Shown: positions 24,496 to 35,321 of the stretch, one piece after another
How positions within the stretch are numbered: position 1 is the stretch's first letter
Layout of the letters: each line of letters begins with the position of its first letter
IMG/VR virus record: IMGVR_UViG_3300014613_000001
Location: 1 to 64,000 of that record
Strand: one strand, 5' to 3'
DNA from: a virus
DNA length: 64,000 nucleotides
Notes under the pieces: generated by a model
Told to the model about the DNA's origin: nothing
What the model saw: only the letters and a program-made list of their open reading frames with translations
Databases searched by the model: none
Translations under genes and position numbers: made by a program

Positions 24496-25285
24496 TTCCA
24501 AGGCGCACAAGAAGCATGTTGATCTCGAGCAGCGGGTCAAGACAACCTTCGAAGGGTTCCAGGAGCTCGTAGGTTCAGAGTTCGCCAAGTTCCAGAACAA
24601 GGTCAACGAGGTGCTCGGCATCCTGTTCAAGAACGAACGCGAGATCGCCAGCATGGTCTACACCAACAGTGTGCGGATCGCGGTGTTGATGAAGTTCCTG
24701 AACGCGAAACATGGTCTGACCGATGAGCTCTTCGAAGAGATGGTGAGCGCGGAGATCGCAGAGAGAAATCGGATCACCGCCGAACAGCAGGCCCTGGAGA
24801 AGGCCGCCGCCGAGCAGAAGATGGTCGAGGATACGGCCAAGCGGCTGCTCGAGGAGAAGGCCGCGAAGAACGAGCTCGGGGTCAAGAAGACCGAGAAAGC
24901 TGGGATCGTGGACGAGTTCCTCGGGGTCGAAGAGCGGATCTTCGGCGGGGATTATACCGGTGACAACTGTGACGGCGAATCTGGTGGTGAGGGCGTGCCA
25001 GACGATATGGTCGACGGCTCTGACACGGTAAATCACGGGTATGTCTGCTGTGATGACTGCGACGACAACGACGGCGACGGCGACCTCGGCCGTCCGGTCT
25101 CGTCCCCAGACTACGGCTGCCTCGAATGCGCAGGGGAGTCCTATGACAAGGATCACGACCAAGTGGCGTCTTCGGATACTTCTGTGGAAGGCGAAGCTGA
25201 CGTGGCATCTCCTGAAACTCGCGATCCAGCTGAGGCTGGAGAAGTCGGAGCTGATGAGGAAGCTCCGGGGGTATCCGATCTATGA
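24458..25285 (+). CDS. coiled-coil protein with acidic disordered C-terminus
   Basis: GGAG RBS before ATG 24458. Confidence 0.55.
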   Translation: MKRVKQRSVKDHDSKAHKKHVDLEQRVKTTFEGFQELVGSEFAKFQNKVNEVLGILFKNEREIASMVYTNSVRIAVLMKFLNAKHGLTDELFEEMVSAEIAERNRITAEQQALEKAAAEQKMVEDTAKRLLEEKAAKNELGVKKTEKAGIVDEFLGVEERIFGGDYTGDNCDGESGGEGVPDDMVDGSDTVNHGYVCCDDCDDNDGDGDLGRPVSSPDYGCLECAGESYDKDHDQVASSDTSVEGEADVASPETRDPAEAGEVGADEEAPGVSDL

Positions 25286-25611
25286 CCCGCAAGATCTGTA
25301 TACCGGAATTGATCCTGGAGCTGCCGGAGCCGGCGACGAGCAGACAGCATCTGTCGAAGATGCTCGATACGATCCTCGAGGCGTACTCTTTGGGGATGGC
25401 GGAGAGGTTCAACACACGCCCTCTGATCCCGTTCGAGTATGCGGCGATCAAGACCTTCCTGATGAATCTGGCGCTGGGGATGGAGCGCTGTGAGCACGTC
25501 TGCGATCACGGTGTGAGGTGTGAGCTGATCGACGGTCATTCGAGAGATCATGACTACGAGCTCCACGACTGCGGCTCGCTTGATCTTCCACCCCCTGACA
25601 TGACCAGCTAA
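25282..25611 (+). CDS. hypothetical protein
   Basis: ATGA-coupled; last gene of the plus-strand run. Confidence 0.45.
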   Translation: MTRKICIPELILELPEPATSRQHLSKMLDTILEAYSLGMAERFNTRPLIPFEYAAIKTFLMNLALGMERCEHVCDHGVRCELIDGHSRDHDYELHDCGSLDLPPPDMTS

Positions 25612-25647
25612 AAAGGTGACCCGGGTCGGCTAGCCTGGAAGCCCGCT

Positions 25648-26007
25648 TTACGCGTTGCATCGACACTTCAGCTTACCGGGTCCCTTATACCCAAATTTTG
25701 TAGACAACGCCCCCCCTCGGACCACGGCCAGCCATACCATGCACCCGATCTCTCCCGGGTCCATTGGTTCGACACGTGTCGAACCGATAGAGTGGCCTTG
25801 GTCGTCTCCGTCCCCGTATTCCGGGGCAGAGATGAATTGAACGGCCTGGAGGGGCAGAGCCCCTTCCCAGTACCCGTTCGATCGCCGGATCAGGATGGCT
25901 TCCCATCCTTCCCCGATTATTCGCACGTTGGACCGGATATCCTCCGGTCCAACGACACGCACGACCCAACTGCCATTGGGCAGCTGGTCAACCTCGGCGT
26001 CGAACAT
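25648..26007 (-). CDS. hypothetical protein
   Basis: AAGGAG RBS before ATG 26007 (MFDAEV). Confidence 0.45.
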   Translation of the reverse strand: MFDAEVDQLPNGSWVVRVVGPEDIRSNVRIIGEGWEAILIRRSNGYWEGALPLQAVQFISAPEYGDGDDQGHSIGSTRVEPMDPGEIGCMVWLAVVRGGALSTKFGYKGPGKLKCRCNA

Positions 26008-26026
26008 CTCCTTCTCCCTTCTCAGA

Positions 26027-26326
26027 TCAAGCTCCAGTGAGGAGCTGGACCAGGGTCTTGATCTGATTCTGGGTCTGAGCCTCTCGCTCAGCCCACGCTG
26101 CCGACCATGTGGCGTCGGTCGCGGCAGCAGCCGCATCCTGCGCCGCCTCTATCTGCACCACAGCCTCAGCCTCGACCCGACTGCGGGTTTTGGCCTCGAT
26201 GTTCTTGCCGTAGTTTTCTACGGCTTTTGTTCCGTTGTCGATTGCGGTGTCGAGTCCTACAAGGGCTCCAGCCGCGAGCAGGGTCGGTGTTCCGATCACG
26301 AGCAAGATGAGTGCAAACATAATCAC
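26027..26326 (-). CDS. small membrane-anchored protein
   Basis: N-terminal hydrophobic helix; AAGGAG RBS. Confidence 0.5.
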   Translation of the reverse strand: MIMFALILLVIGTPTLLAAGALVGLDTAIDNGTKAVENYGKNIEAKTRSRVEAEAVVQIEAAQDAAAAATDATWSAAWAEREAQTQNQIKTLVQLLTGA

Positions 26327-26404
26327 ACTCCTTTCTATTGTTCTTATCCCACATAGAGACGCGCTTTTTCGCTTGTGCTATCCTGCTCGTAGAGGTTCTG
26401 CCCC

Positions 26405-29400
26405 ATGCCAATGAGCTCTCATCAGATAACCGCGTTGGCCATGCAACAGCAGGCGTTCTTTGGTAACGCCGCGGCTTATGCGCAGCAGATCACACCCCCG
26501 CGATCAGGCGGCGGGTACGTGACAGGTGGAGCTCCACAGCCGCCGCAGCCGATGATGGCGCCGCAACCCGGGTACAGCATGCCGATGCAAGGAGGGATGC
26601 TGGGGATGGCGGACGCAGCGATGAGCGGACACGCTCAGTACGCTCCTCAAGTCTTCGGAGAGCAGCTCGCCGGCGGCGGTATCAGCGCCATGCAGTCGAT
26701 GATGGGCGGGATTCATGGTCTGGCCAACATGGGGACCATGGCCGCCGGAGTCAGTATGATGGGCGCCGGAGCTCTTGGGGCGATGGGTATCGGCGGAGGC
26801 ATCGCGGGGTTGACAGCGCTTCCTATGATCGGAGCTCCTATTGCAGCACTGGGTAGCATGGCAGCTCTCCCGATTGTGGCTGGTCTGGGTGGGGCCGCGT
26901 GGTCAGCAGATCAGGTAGGGGCGGGCTTTCAAGAACGACAAGCTGTCGGACAAGTCATGCGCAACCGCTTTGGCGGGATGGGCATAGGACAGGGGCGGGG
27001 AGGATCAGGATTCAACGCCAAAGAGATGGGGAGCATGTCGACCATGGTCCGGGAGATGTCCGGCAACGACATGTACACCGGATTCGACGAGCTCACCCGC
27101 ACTCTTGATCGCACGGGGCAGATGGGGTTGTACCGCGGGGTTCAGACCGCTGGCGAGTTCCGGGAGAAGTTCAAGAAGACGGTTGAATCCCTCAAAGAGA
27201 TCGCCAAGACCATGCACACCTCACTCGAGGAAGCGACGACCTTCATGGAGGCCCAGAGGAGCATGGGGTTTTTCAGTGGCAAGGACATCTCCGATTCCCT
27301 CACCCGTACTCGATTATCTGCTGGCGCCAGTGGGATGTCCGTTGGTCAGATGCAGCAGATCGGAATGCAGGGATCGCAGACCGGACGCATGATGGGGATG
27401 CGTGGCCGCTCCGGAGCTCAGGCGATGCAGGAGATGGCGACGAACGCCGGCATCGCTATGCAGACCGGTGTTCTTTCTGACGAGATGGTGGCCGAAGCCA
27501 CGGGTGGGGCTCAGGGGGCCGAGGGCGCTCAGATTCTTGCCGGTCGACGGATGCAGGCGGGCAACCGCTTCTTCAGCAGAGGAGCCGGAAGAGCTCTGTT
27601 GGCGGGCCTCTGGGATCCGGAGACAGGGGGGATCAACCAGGATGCACTTCAGCAGTCGCTCGCCGGTGGTATGTCGTTCCGAGGAGCTCTCGGTCGTGGA
27701 CGCGCCAACATCCGAGCTACAGGTGGGCACAACAGTGAGTTCTTCGCCCAACAGGAGCGCATCTCTGGCGAGCTGATGAGTACTGGCCAGGGCATGAACG
27801 TCATGCTCGGCATGATGGAGGGGCACTATGGGAAGCGTGGATGGAATCTGGAAGATCCAGCCATGCAGCGATCACTTCGCAAGCGTTTCGGCCGAAGCCA
27901 GGCCGAGATAGAGGCGGACATCGCCGAGTACCGAGCTCTCCCGAGGACCATGGCGCAGCGCCGTATGCGCTTCAATCAGCAAGCGGACAACGAACAGCGT
28001 ACCCAGGCACGAGAGGGGTCTGGAGTTGGCGGTTTCACTCGTCGTCTCCAGAACACGTTCGAGAAAGAGGTGGAGAATCCCCTTCGTCAGGCCGGTGATG
28101 ATCTGACGACTGCGATCGCATCTGAGATCGAGCAGATGCGCAACGATCTCGAGGGCCGTATACAGGTTCGAGTGACTGAGGCCGGTCAGGCCACAGCCCG
28201 GGACATTGCGTCTGGGCGTAGGGGAGCACGCTTCTCTGGACTCAGCGTGTCGGAGATGAGAACGGTCCGAGCCCAAAATCCCGAAGGGACCATGGCGAAC
28301 CTCGGACGACGTTTCGGTATTCGCGGTCAAGACTCGGCTACACGGTTGAAGTCCATGGGGATAAGCACGGAGGGTATGAGCGCCGCGGCAATTGATGACC
28401 GCCTTGATCGAGTGTCTCGTGAGCGTGATATTTCTCTTTCTGATCTTGGGTTAGACAGCGGCGGAGCTAAGGAGATGGGCGATCGGTTATCTCAGATCGT
28501 CACCATGAATCAAGAGGCTGGCCGGGTCGAGGCTCCGGGTCTGTGGGGGCAACTCTGGGGCGAGACGACAGACGTCAACGCAGTCGCACGAACACGTGTT
28601 GAGTACCTTCGAGGTCAGGATGCCGATTTTGCAAGACGTACCTCTGGCATGACTGAACAGCAACGTATTGGAGCTATGCAGACGGTCATTGGTGATCGGC
28701 TAAAGGGGAAGTTTGCGCTGCCAGGTCTCGAGGGGGGCGGCTCTACCGGATTCGCTGATCTTGCATCTCTTGCCGCAGCTCAGAAGACAACTCGGGGTCA
28801 GCTCGGCAGGATGGTGACTCGTAAGCGGACAGCGGCTGAGTCCGTGGGCAAGGTGGCTGTGACGGGAGTGGGCCGTTGGGGCGGATTTTTAGCTGGATCT
28901 GTGCTTCCAGGTGCGTTCGCTTCTCAGGGTCTAAGCATGATCGGCGGTGAGGCTGGTCGTCGAGTTGCAAAGGCGATGGGCCTTGCGCGTGGTGCACTGA
29001 GCGGGGATATGTCCGGTCTTATCGAACGTGCCCACAGCAATCCGCCGCTGCTCGGTCAGATCGAGAAGGCTATGGGTGGAGATGTTGCAGCTCGGACAGC
29101 ATTGGCTAACATGGCTGAGGACCCGGATGCCGATCTCTCAGAGTCACACAGAGAAGCTCTGAGCGCCCTCATGGAAAATGCCACAAACCCGGAGGTCAAG
29201 AAGGTCTTCGAGCAAGAGCTTCGCCAGACGGCTTCTATGGACGACACGCTCATCCGCGTCCGAGACAAGAAGATCGGGGCGCGTCTCGAGGACTTTGTCG
29301 GGACCAGGCAAGTTCGGATCAAAGGGGCTGTGGGAGCAGAAGGTCTTGCTGCTCTCAATAGTCTCGCGGCATTTCAGCGCGCGGGCACTGGAGACACCAA

Positions 29401-30076
29401 TCAGTTGAACGAGCGGCGCCGAGCCTTTGTTGCAGGTGTCGCCGGAAAGAAGGGGGCTGGCGAGCTCCAGGGTATCCTCGCTGCTGATACGACAGGTGGC
29501 GGCACAGCGTTGGCTGAACAGCTCCGGGTCACGGACACACTGCTGCAAAAATTTGATCAAGGGTCCGGCCGACGTGCTGGCGGTAGAGGCGGTGCGTTTC
29601 TCAGAGAGTCTTTGGTGGAGTTGGGTATTGATCCATCCGGTCTCAGACAAAAAGACATGCAGGCCTTCCAAAAGGGCGCGCTCTCTGCTGACGACATCAT
29701 GGAGACGCTACGCAAAACCAAGGGCTTAGAGAAGACGACCGTCTCCGATGAAACTCTGAAGAACTGGCTCGGTGATGTAGTGAGTGCGCAGAAGTCCGGC
29801 GGCACTATGGAGCGCAAAGAGGCTCTTTCGCTCGGACTGAATCTCGGCGGGGGCCGTGCAGAAGCCCTTCGCCAGTCAGGTGATCGGTCTGAGGCTGATG
29901 ATCTTCCTGATCTGGCCCGGAAACAAGTGGCCCATTTGTCCGATATGGTCACACTGACGAAGCAATTGGTGACCGGGAACAAGCTAAACGCCGATGCCAT
30001 TTCTAAACTGAATCTGAACGTTGATATTACGACGCCACCTGCTGGTGATGTACCCGAGGTGCCGCCAACACCCTAA
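26405..30076 (+). CDS. tape-measure-like protein
   Basis: 1223 aa, Gly/Ala/Met-rich and helical, hydrophobic stretch near the N-terminus, first gene of the virion block. Confidence 0.6.
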   Translation: MPMSSHQITALAMQQQAFFGNAAAYAQQITPPRSGGGYVTGGAPQPPQPMMAPQPGYSMPMQGGMLGMADAAMSGHAQYAPQVFGEQLAGGGISAMQSMMGGIHGLANMGTMAAGVSMMGAGALGAMGIGGGIAGLTALPMIGAPIAALGSMAALPIVAGLGGAAWSADQVGAGFQERQAVGQVMRNRFGGMGIGQGRGGSGFNAKEMGSMSTMVREMSGNDMYTGFDELTRTLDRTGQMGLYRGVQTAGEFREKFKKTVESLKEIAKTMHTSLEEATTFMEAQRSMGFFSGKDISDSLTRTRLSAGASGMSVGQMQQIGMQGSQTGRMMGMRGRSGAQAMQEMATNAGIAMQTGVLSDEMVAEATGGAQGAEGAQILAGRRMQAGNRFFSRGAGRALLAGLWDPETGGINQDALQQSLAGGMSFRGALGRGRANIRATGGHNSEFFAQQERISGELMSTGQGMNVMLGMMEGHYGKRGWNLEDPAMQRSLRKRFGRSQAEIEADIAEYRALPRTMAQRRMRFNQQADNEQRTQAREGSGVGGFTRRLQNTFEKEVENPLRQAGDDLTTAIASEIEQMRNDLEGRIQVRVTEAGQATARDIASGRRGARFSGLSVSEMRTVRAQNPEGTMANLGRRFGIRGQDSATRLKSMGISTEGMSAAAIDDRLDRVSRERDISLSDLGLDSGGAKEMGDRLSQIVTMNQEAGRVEAPGLWGQLWGETTDVNAVARTRVEYLRGQDADFARRTSGMTEQQRIGAMQTVIGDRLKGKFALPGLEGGGSTGFADLASLAAAQKTTRGQLGRMVTRKRTAAESVGKVAVTGVGRWGGFLAGSVLPGAFASQGLSMIGGEAGRRVAKAMGLARGALSGDMSGLIERAHSNPPLLGQIEKAMGGDVAARTALANMAEDPDADLSESHREALSALMENATNPEVKKVFEQELRQTASMDDTLIRVRDKKIGARLEDFVGTRQVRIKGAVGAEGLAALNSLAAFQRAGTGDTNQLNERRRAFVAGVAGKKGAGELQGILAADTTGGGTALAEQLRVTDTLLQKFDQGSGRRAGGRGGAFLRESLVELGIDPSGLRQKDMQAFQKGALSADDIMETLRKTKGLEKTTVSDETLKNWLGDVVSAQKSGGTMERKEALSLGLNLGGGRAEALRQSGDRSEADDLPDLARKQVAHLSDMVTLTKQLVTGNKLNADAISKLNLNVDITTPPAGDVPEVPPTP

Positions 30077-30085
30077 GGAGTTCGA

Positions 30086-30370
30086 ATGACAACCTACGGA
30101 GACGGAATCGGGCAGGTCTACACGAAGTCGGTTGCGGCCGAAGACATCGGTGTAGGCAGACGCGAGAAGCGCGTGATCACCATCGTAGGTGGTCAGCAGG
30201 TGACGTTGATCGTGCGGGACACCATCGTCCCGGAGGATCCGTACCTCAACCTGGTCCGAGCTGCCGCCTACCCGTTCCAGATAGGGGCGAGTGCCGCAGC
30301 CAAGTTCCCCGTACCTCCAGTGCCCACCGCGCTGAAGGATGTTTTGATCAAGTCCTCCATCACGATCTGA
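30086..30370 (+). CDS. small virion-associated protein
   Basis: TAAGGAG RBS. Confidence 0.5.
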   Translation: MTTYGDGIGQVYTKSVAAEDIGVGRREKRVITIVGGQQVTLIVRDTIVPEDPYLNLVRAAAYPFQIGASAAAKFPVPPVPTALKDVLIKSSITI

Positions 30371-30377
30371 GGATCAC

Positions 30378-31673
30378 ATGACAGTATTCATCGAAGCCAG
30401 GACCGAGCCCTTCCAGCGATCTCGGGAAGAGTACGCAGAGCGAGGTCGACAGAGTGAGACGACCCAAGCTGTACGTCGTCCGCATCGTGGGTACCAGCTG
30501 AAGGAGGACACGTACGCTGTCATTCGTGTCATGGGTCCGAACGGCGACTTCATGGAGGTCATCGACGCTGCCGGTGCATGGGCCCCCACCTCTCCAGGCA
30601 CCGAGAACTACACGACGCACTACACGAACTTCTTCGTGCAGCAGATTTCAGAAGAGCGTCACGAGAAGCAACAGGTCGTGGACACCTTCGGGGACAGCTT
30701 CATCTTCTTCTTCGGAGAAGCCCCTCGGATGCTCAGGGTCAGCGGGTTGTTGCTCAACACCGCGGACTTCAACTGGCGCAACGAGTGGTGGGCCAACTAC
30801 GAGCGGTACTTCCGAGGTACGAAGCTGGTCGAGCTCGGCGCACGACTGTATCTGATCTACGATGACAGGATCATCGAGGGGTACATGACTGGAGCTCAGG
30901 CAAATGACAACTCGCAGCAGAAGGAGGTCATCCAATTCAGCTTCTCGATGTTCGTGACCGGCTCTACCGACATCTCTGCGCTCGGTGATCCCAGATTCCC
31001 ATCTCCCACGGATCTCGACTACACGCAGTTGAGCTCCTACGAGGAGGCGTTGAAGTTGTGGGAGAGCAACCGGAATCTGCAAAGGGAGAACACCACCCGG
31101 GCTGTCGCTGCCGCGAATCGTCTGGCCTATCTCGGGTCCGGAGGGTTGATGAGCAGCGTGATCAGGAGTGGTATCATCAACGGTGGTGATCCGTCTGTAG
31201 CGGGGTTCGTTGCTCGGGCATCTGCAGCTCTCCAGACGGCATCTGCAGTCGTTGATGGTGTACGTCAGGTTTCCGGCAGGATGGGCTCTTCGGGGATCAG
31301 CAGGAAAAAGCCGCTGCGCTCGACGTTCGCTCAAAACGTCGATGAGTTCATCGGCTGGGACACAAGTGGTACTGCGAAGGAGCTCGCTGCTCCGTTGTCC
31401 ATGCAGGACAGGTGGTTGATGGCGGACCGTTCTTTCGATTCCGGCATGTCTGGTATGGTTCCTGGTTTCGACGCTTGTACCCCGGCGTACTGGGATACAA
31501 TGGGACGTGTCGGTCGGGCTTCGTCAGAGATCCGAGAGCGCGGAGGCAACAGAGCTCGCACCCCGCCGACCAGCAGGGGTGTCGCCATCGGTGACGCAAG
31601 TGCCCCGAGGCCGCCCATCTATGCACGTGATGTGCCCTTCGGCATGTCACTGCTCGAGGGAGATCTGCTCTAA
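30378..31673 (+). CDS. putative tail/baseplate-associated protein
   Basis: 431 aa directly after the tape-measure-like gene; beta-rich N-terminal domain. Confidence 0.45.
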   Translation: MTVFIEARTEPFQRSREEYAERGRQSETTQAVRRPHRGYQLKEDTYAVIRVMGPNGDFMEVIDAAGAWAPTSPGTENYTTHYTNFFVQQISEERHEKQQVVDTFGDSFIFFFGEAPRMLRVSGLLLNTADFNWRNEWWANYERYFRGTKLVELGARLYLIYDDRIIEGYMTGAQANDNSQQKEVIQFSFSMFVTGSTDISALGDPRFPSPTDLDYTQLSSYEEALKLWESNRNLQRENTTRAVAAANRLAYLGSGGLMSSVIRSGIINGGDPSVAGFVARASAALQTASAVVDGVRQVSGRMGSSGISRKKPLRSTFAQNVDEFIGWDTSGTAKELAAPLSMQDRWLMADRSFDSGMSGMVPGFDACTPAYWDTMGRVGRASSEIRERGGNRARTPPTSRGVAIGDASAPRPPIYARDVPFGMSLLEGDLL

Positions 31674-34600
31674 TGCCATCCGCCCAACATCTTCGTCTGC
31701 GCTGTTTCATCGAGGGTATCGAGGTCCCGATCATTTCGGCGTCCGTCTCGATCCAGCCGGACTCGCCGGCGCAGTGTCAGGTTCAGATCGTAGCGACGGA
31801 CAAGGGGCATGATCTTCTTCCTCGATCACTGATCCACGTCTTCTTTGCCGACTTCTACGACGGGCCGGAACATCGTCAAGAAGGGGTCGAGGAGGCTGCG
31901 CAGGTCTCGACATCGGATGTAGCCGCCGATGAGGAGAACAGGACTCCGGAGACGACAGATCCGGACATGGACACGTTCTTCGATAGTCGCTCTGGTTCTG
32001 CCCTGTTCGAAGGATCCGATGAGGCTGTGACCTCTGATGAGACAGACGTGACTCTCGACCGCGGTCCTCAGAGCGCCGGCCCGACGACAACCCCCGAGCT
32101 CACCGGACAAGAAGAGGACACGGACGAAGAGCCCTCTATTGCTGACTCGAGGTGGAAGCTCTTCTTCTGCGGCGAGATCATGGGCTACCAGTTCGTGAAG
32201 AGTGTCGGCCAACGCGCCATCATCCTGACCTGCATGGACCTCAGCGTCATGTGGGACACCTGTTACCAGTACCAGGTCGATGTTGCGAGCTTGCATGGAA
32301 ACGGGACGGCCAACTTTGTCGGCGCCGGCACGAACCTCTTCGATACGTTTTTTCAGAGCTCGACCTCGACGCTCGTCGACATCGTGATGCAGCGCTCTCG
32401 CGCACGACCCGAGCTCACCGGGCTGTTGAGCGGTATCGTCCACCTGCTCGAGAGGGTCGGAGGGGTCTACAACAACCGGGGCTTCCGTGGGGTCAACGAC
32501 TTTTTCACGATGGCCGAGCTGCGTTACCACCTGATCGACATGATCGGTGCGTCAGAGGACGACAACTCGAGCCAGCGGCTCTTCCCACGACAGGCCTTCA
32601 ATCGGTGGACACGCGGATCAGGGGGCAGGCTGGGCAAGATCGCCTCCTTCCGTGACATCCTCGGGCTGCTCTGCAAGTTCATCTTCCACAACACGTTCCC
32701 GTGCCCGATCGCGTACTACCAGCGGCCTGACACCATAGATCGAACGAGGACGGTGGCGTACTCGTCTACTCAGCAGTTCAGCTCAACCGCTGAGTGGAGG
32801 GAGTTGAACGGTCGGATCGACACCCATTGGAGGTCGTTCAACTCGTACGTCGGATCCAATACGCCGATCAGCTCGGGTCGGGTGTCACGTCAGCTCGATT
32901 CGTTGGCCACGCAGATCGTGGCAACGAAGGACGCGGTACAACAGCACAGTGCTAGGTACAGCTTGGCATCTGCGACAAATGCTCTCCATCATGCGGGGCA
33001 AGAAGTACGAGCGTTGGCATCCCATCTTAGCCGGGTTGAGGGTGATCCGGAGGGTGGGGACGTGACGTACAGTTCATGGGCTGCCGGCTCCACTCCTGCT
33101 CCCAGGATACAGAGGGCACGTGATGGCTTTCGCACCGCCATCCAGGCACTGCAGGGGGGAAGTCATAGCTCAAGTGGAAATCGGGAGCGCACCGATACGG
33201 TCGTTCGTCATGGCCGGCTCTATTCGCAGATCATCAGGCCGGACATCTTCATGTGCGCCCCTCCATGCTGCAACGTGCTCTTCCCCGAGCTCTACTCCAG
33301 CTTCCAGTTCTCTCGCCAGTACATGCGGGAGGTCACGAGGATGCGTCTGACGGTGTCAGACGAGATTTTCGGGCCTGACGTCTTGCTCAACAGTGTCTAC
33401 TTCGCTCCGGACGTCGAGGTATTGGGCGCGCGCGTCCAGCAGGGGCGCCATGCGCAGGACAATGCAGAGAACGCTACCTTGAGCAGGGCGGCGTACGGCC
33501 GGCGGCTGATGGAGCACGAGCTCTACACCGGACCGATCCCGGTGTTCGAGCGGATGAACGAAGTGAACATCATGGCTGCTCGTGGGGCTCAGACGAACTT
33601 TCGTGGAGCTCGTGTCCCCTACGCCATGCGCGCGGCCCACTTCCAGTTCTACAAAAATCGTTGGTCCTCCCGCTCGATGGCAGTGACGGGGAAGTTCAAC
33701 CCATGGGCGGTCTGTGGTTTCCCGGCAGTGGTCGTCGACCGATACATGAACGAAGAGCAGCTCATCCTCTCCGGTCTCCGAGGCCAGCGATTTCTTGAAG
33801 AGGCGTTCGAGCGGGACTACCCAGGGATCGTGCAGAACGCCGACGACGAGTTCACCTACGACTCCGAGTGGGGTGCTCTCGATGCTTGGGATATCCTGAA
33901 GAACACAGTGCCTACACAGTTCGTAGGTCTGATCATGGGGTTGACCCACCAGATCTCACAGAATTCGGCCAGCACCTCGTACCAGTTCACCGCCTCTCGG
34001 GTCCATCGGGACAACGACGTGCTGCTCGGCGCCAACAGGATCAGGGCCAGTGCCCCTCCGGTACGCAGGGAGCACGTCGGCACGGTTTCCTACACGGCTA
34101 CCGGAACGGGCTCCCGGGCTCAGTCTGATATCCAAGGTCATCTCAACGCGCTCAACCAGTATGCCGGTGCGGAACCGGGGTCGATCGCTGATCTATCGAC
34201 ACGGCTGTCCGTGCTTGCGAGCGGTATTGAGCGAACGAAACGTGCGTTGGAGGGATCGGGAGATCGGGAGCGAAACAATTTGCAGAGTGCGTTCCAGGAT
34301 TTGCACCAGGCCGGCAGATCTGTTCTGACCATGGCGCGTCTTTCTCGAATGAACGATTCTGGCGGCGGTACTTCCTTTGCCTATGAGGTGGATCAGTTTG
34401 ACCGCGCTACGAGCACGGCTCGTAATCGTCTTCAGTCAGCTCTCGATATAGTCCAGGGTGCTTCGAGCAGGAGGAGGAGCGTTGCTGCTGAAGTAGAGGA
34501 GCCGGACGAGATAGACGTCCCTCTCGAAGATTTCATCCGTCCACCGTGGATGGCCGACATCTGGGCTAATGATCGTATCGGCGGGGTGTACCAGCAGTTC

Positions 34601-35311
34601 TTCGGGACTGGGGCGATCACTGATCCATCAGTCATTAGCACCGGATATGAGACCGCGGTCGATACAATGGACGCTGCGGCTCAGGATGCCGATGAGGATC
34701 GCCCACTTGAGCCGATTCCATCTGAACTCGGTCTCGGAACTGAGGGTGAGGATCCGGCGCTTCGCCCTTTACCCTCGGATCTCGAGGACCCAGGGTCTCT
34801 GGATCCGATTCGTCAAGATGGTCGTGCAGTCCAGAACGCAGAGATGGGGATCTCTGTTCAGCGCGCCATCGATTTGCTCATCCGCTCTTACAGTGCGATC
34901 AAGGCTCAGGAGGGCATGGACATCAACGAGTTCGTCCGCGCCTACACCTGGAGACCGGTGGCGAACATGACTGACATCCTCGGGGGTCGTGATCTCACGA
35001 TAGATTCGGACACCGGGGTGGCTACTGGGCAAGAGGGCTTCCACAGTCGAGCTTTCGGCAGCGGCCCCAATGGTAGGAACCTACGGAATCTGCTTCCACC
35101 TGATTCAGAGGGACGTCCTGTGAGACGTATCCTTGGGATCAGTACCGAGAGCAGCTCACGTCTCGAGGACGGCCGAGAGGCAGCTCTATCCGAAGAGGAG
35201 AAGCAGCAGGTCAGTGACGCTCTGGTGCGGCTGGACACGCGCGCGGACAAAGCCGACCGTGTTCTGGACTACGTGTCCGATCTCTGGGCCTCGAGGGGTC
35301 TGCTCGGGTAG
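31673..35311 (+). CDS. putative baseplate hub-like protein
   Basis: 1212 aa; N-terminal LRCFIEGIEVPIISASVSI...LFFCGEIMG...ILTCMD resembles hub/gp44-like starts; position in the tail operon. Confidence 0.45.
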   Translation: MPSAQHLRLRCFIEGIEVPIISASVSIQPDSPAQCQVQIVATDKGHDLLPRSLIHVFFADFYDGPEHRQEGVEEAAQVSTSDVAADEENRTPETTDPDMDTFFDSRSGSALFEGSDEAVTSDETDVTLDRGPQSAGPTTTPELTGQEEDTDEEPSIADSRWKLFFCGEIMGYQFVKSVGQRAIILTCMDLSVMWDTCYQYQVDVASLHGNGTANFVGAGTNLFDTFFQSSTSTLVDIVMQRSRARPELTGLLSGIVHLLERVGGVYNNRGFRGVNDFFTMAELRYHLIDMIGASEDDNSSQRLFPRQAFNRWTRGSGGRLGKIASFRDILGLLCKFIFHNTFPCPIAYYQRPDTIDRTRTVAYSSTQQFSSTAEWRELNGRIDTHWRSFNSYVGSNTPISSGRVSRQLDSLATQIVATKDAVQQHSARYSLASATNALHHAGQEVRALASHLSRVEGDPEGGDVTYSSWAAGSTPAPRIQRARDGFRTAIQALQGGSHSSSGNRERTDTVVRHGRLYSQIIRPDIFMCAPPCCNVLFPELYSSFQFSRQYMREVTRMRLTVSDEIFGPDVLLNSVYFAPDVEVLGARVQQGRHAQDNAENATLSRAAYGRRLMEHELYTGPIPVFERMNEVNIMAARGAQTNFRGARVPYAMRAAHFQFYKNRWSSRSMAVTGKFNPWAVCGFPAVVVDRYMNEEQLILSGLRGQRFLEEAFERDYPGIVQNADDEFTYDSEWGALDAWDILKNTVPTQFVGLIMGLTHQISQNSASTSYQFTASRVHRDNDVLLGANRIRASAPPVRREHVGTVSYTATGTGSRAQSDIQGHLNALNQYAGAEPGSIADLSTRLSVLASGIERTKRALEGSGDRERNNLQSAFQDLHQAGRSVLTMARLSRMNDSGGGTSFAYEVDQFDRATSTARNRLQSALDIVQGASSRRRSVAAEVEEPDEIDVPLEDFIRPPWMADIWANDRIGGVYQQFFGTGAITDPSVISTGYETAVDTMDAAAQDADEDRPLEPIPSELGLGTEGEDPALRPLPSDLEDPGSLDPIRQDGRAVQNAEMGISVQRAIDLLIRSYSAIKAQEGMDINEFVRAYTWRPVANMTDILGGRDLTIDSDTGVATGQEGFHSRAFGSGPNGRNLRNLLPPDSEGRPVRRILGISTESSSRLEDGREAALSEEEKQQVSDALVRLDTRADKADRVLDYVSDLWASRGLLG

Positions 35312-35321
35312 GATGTAGGGG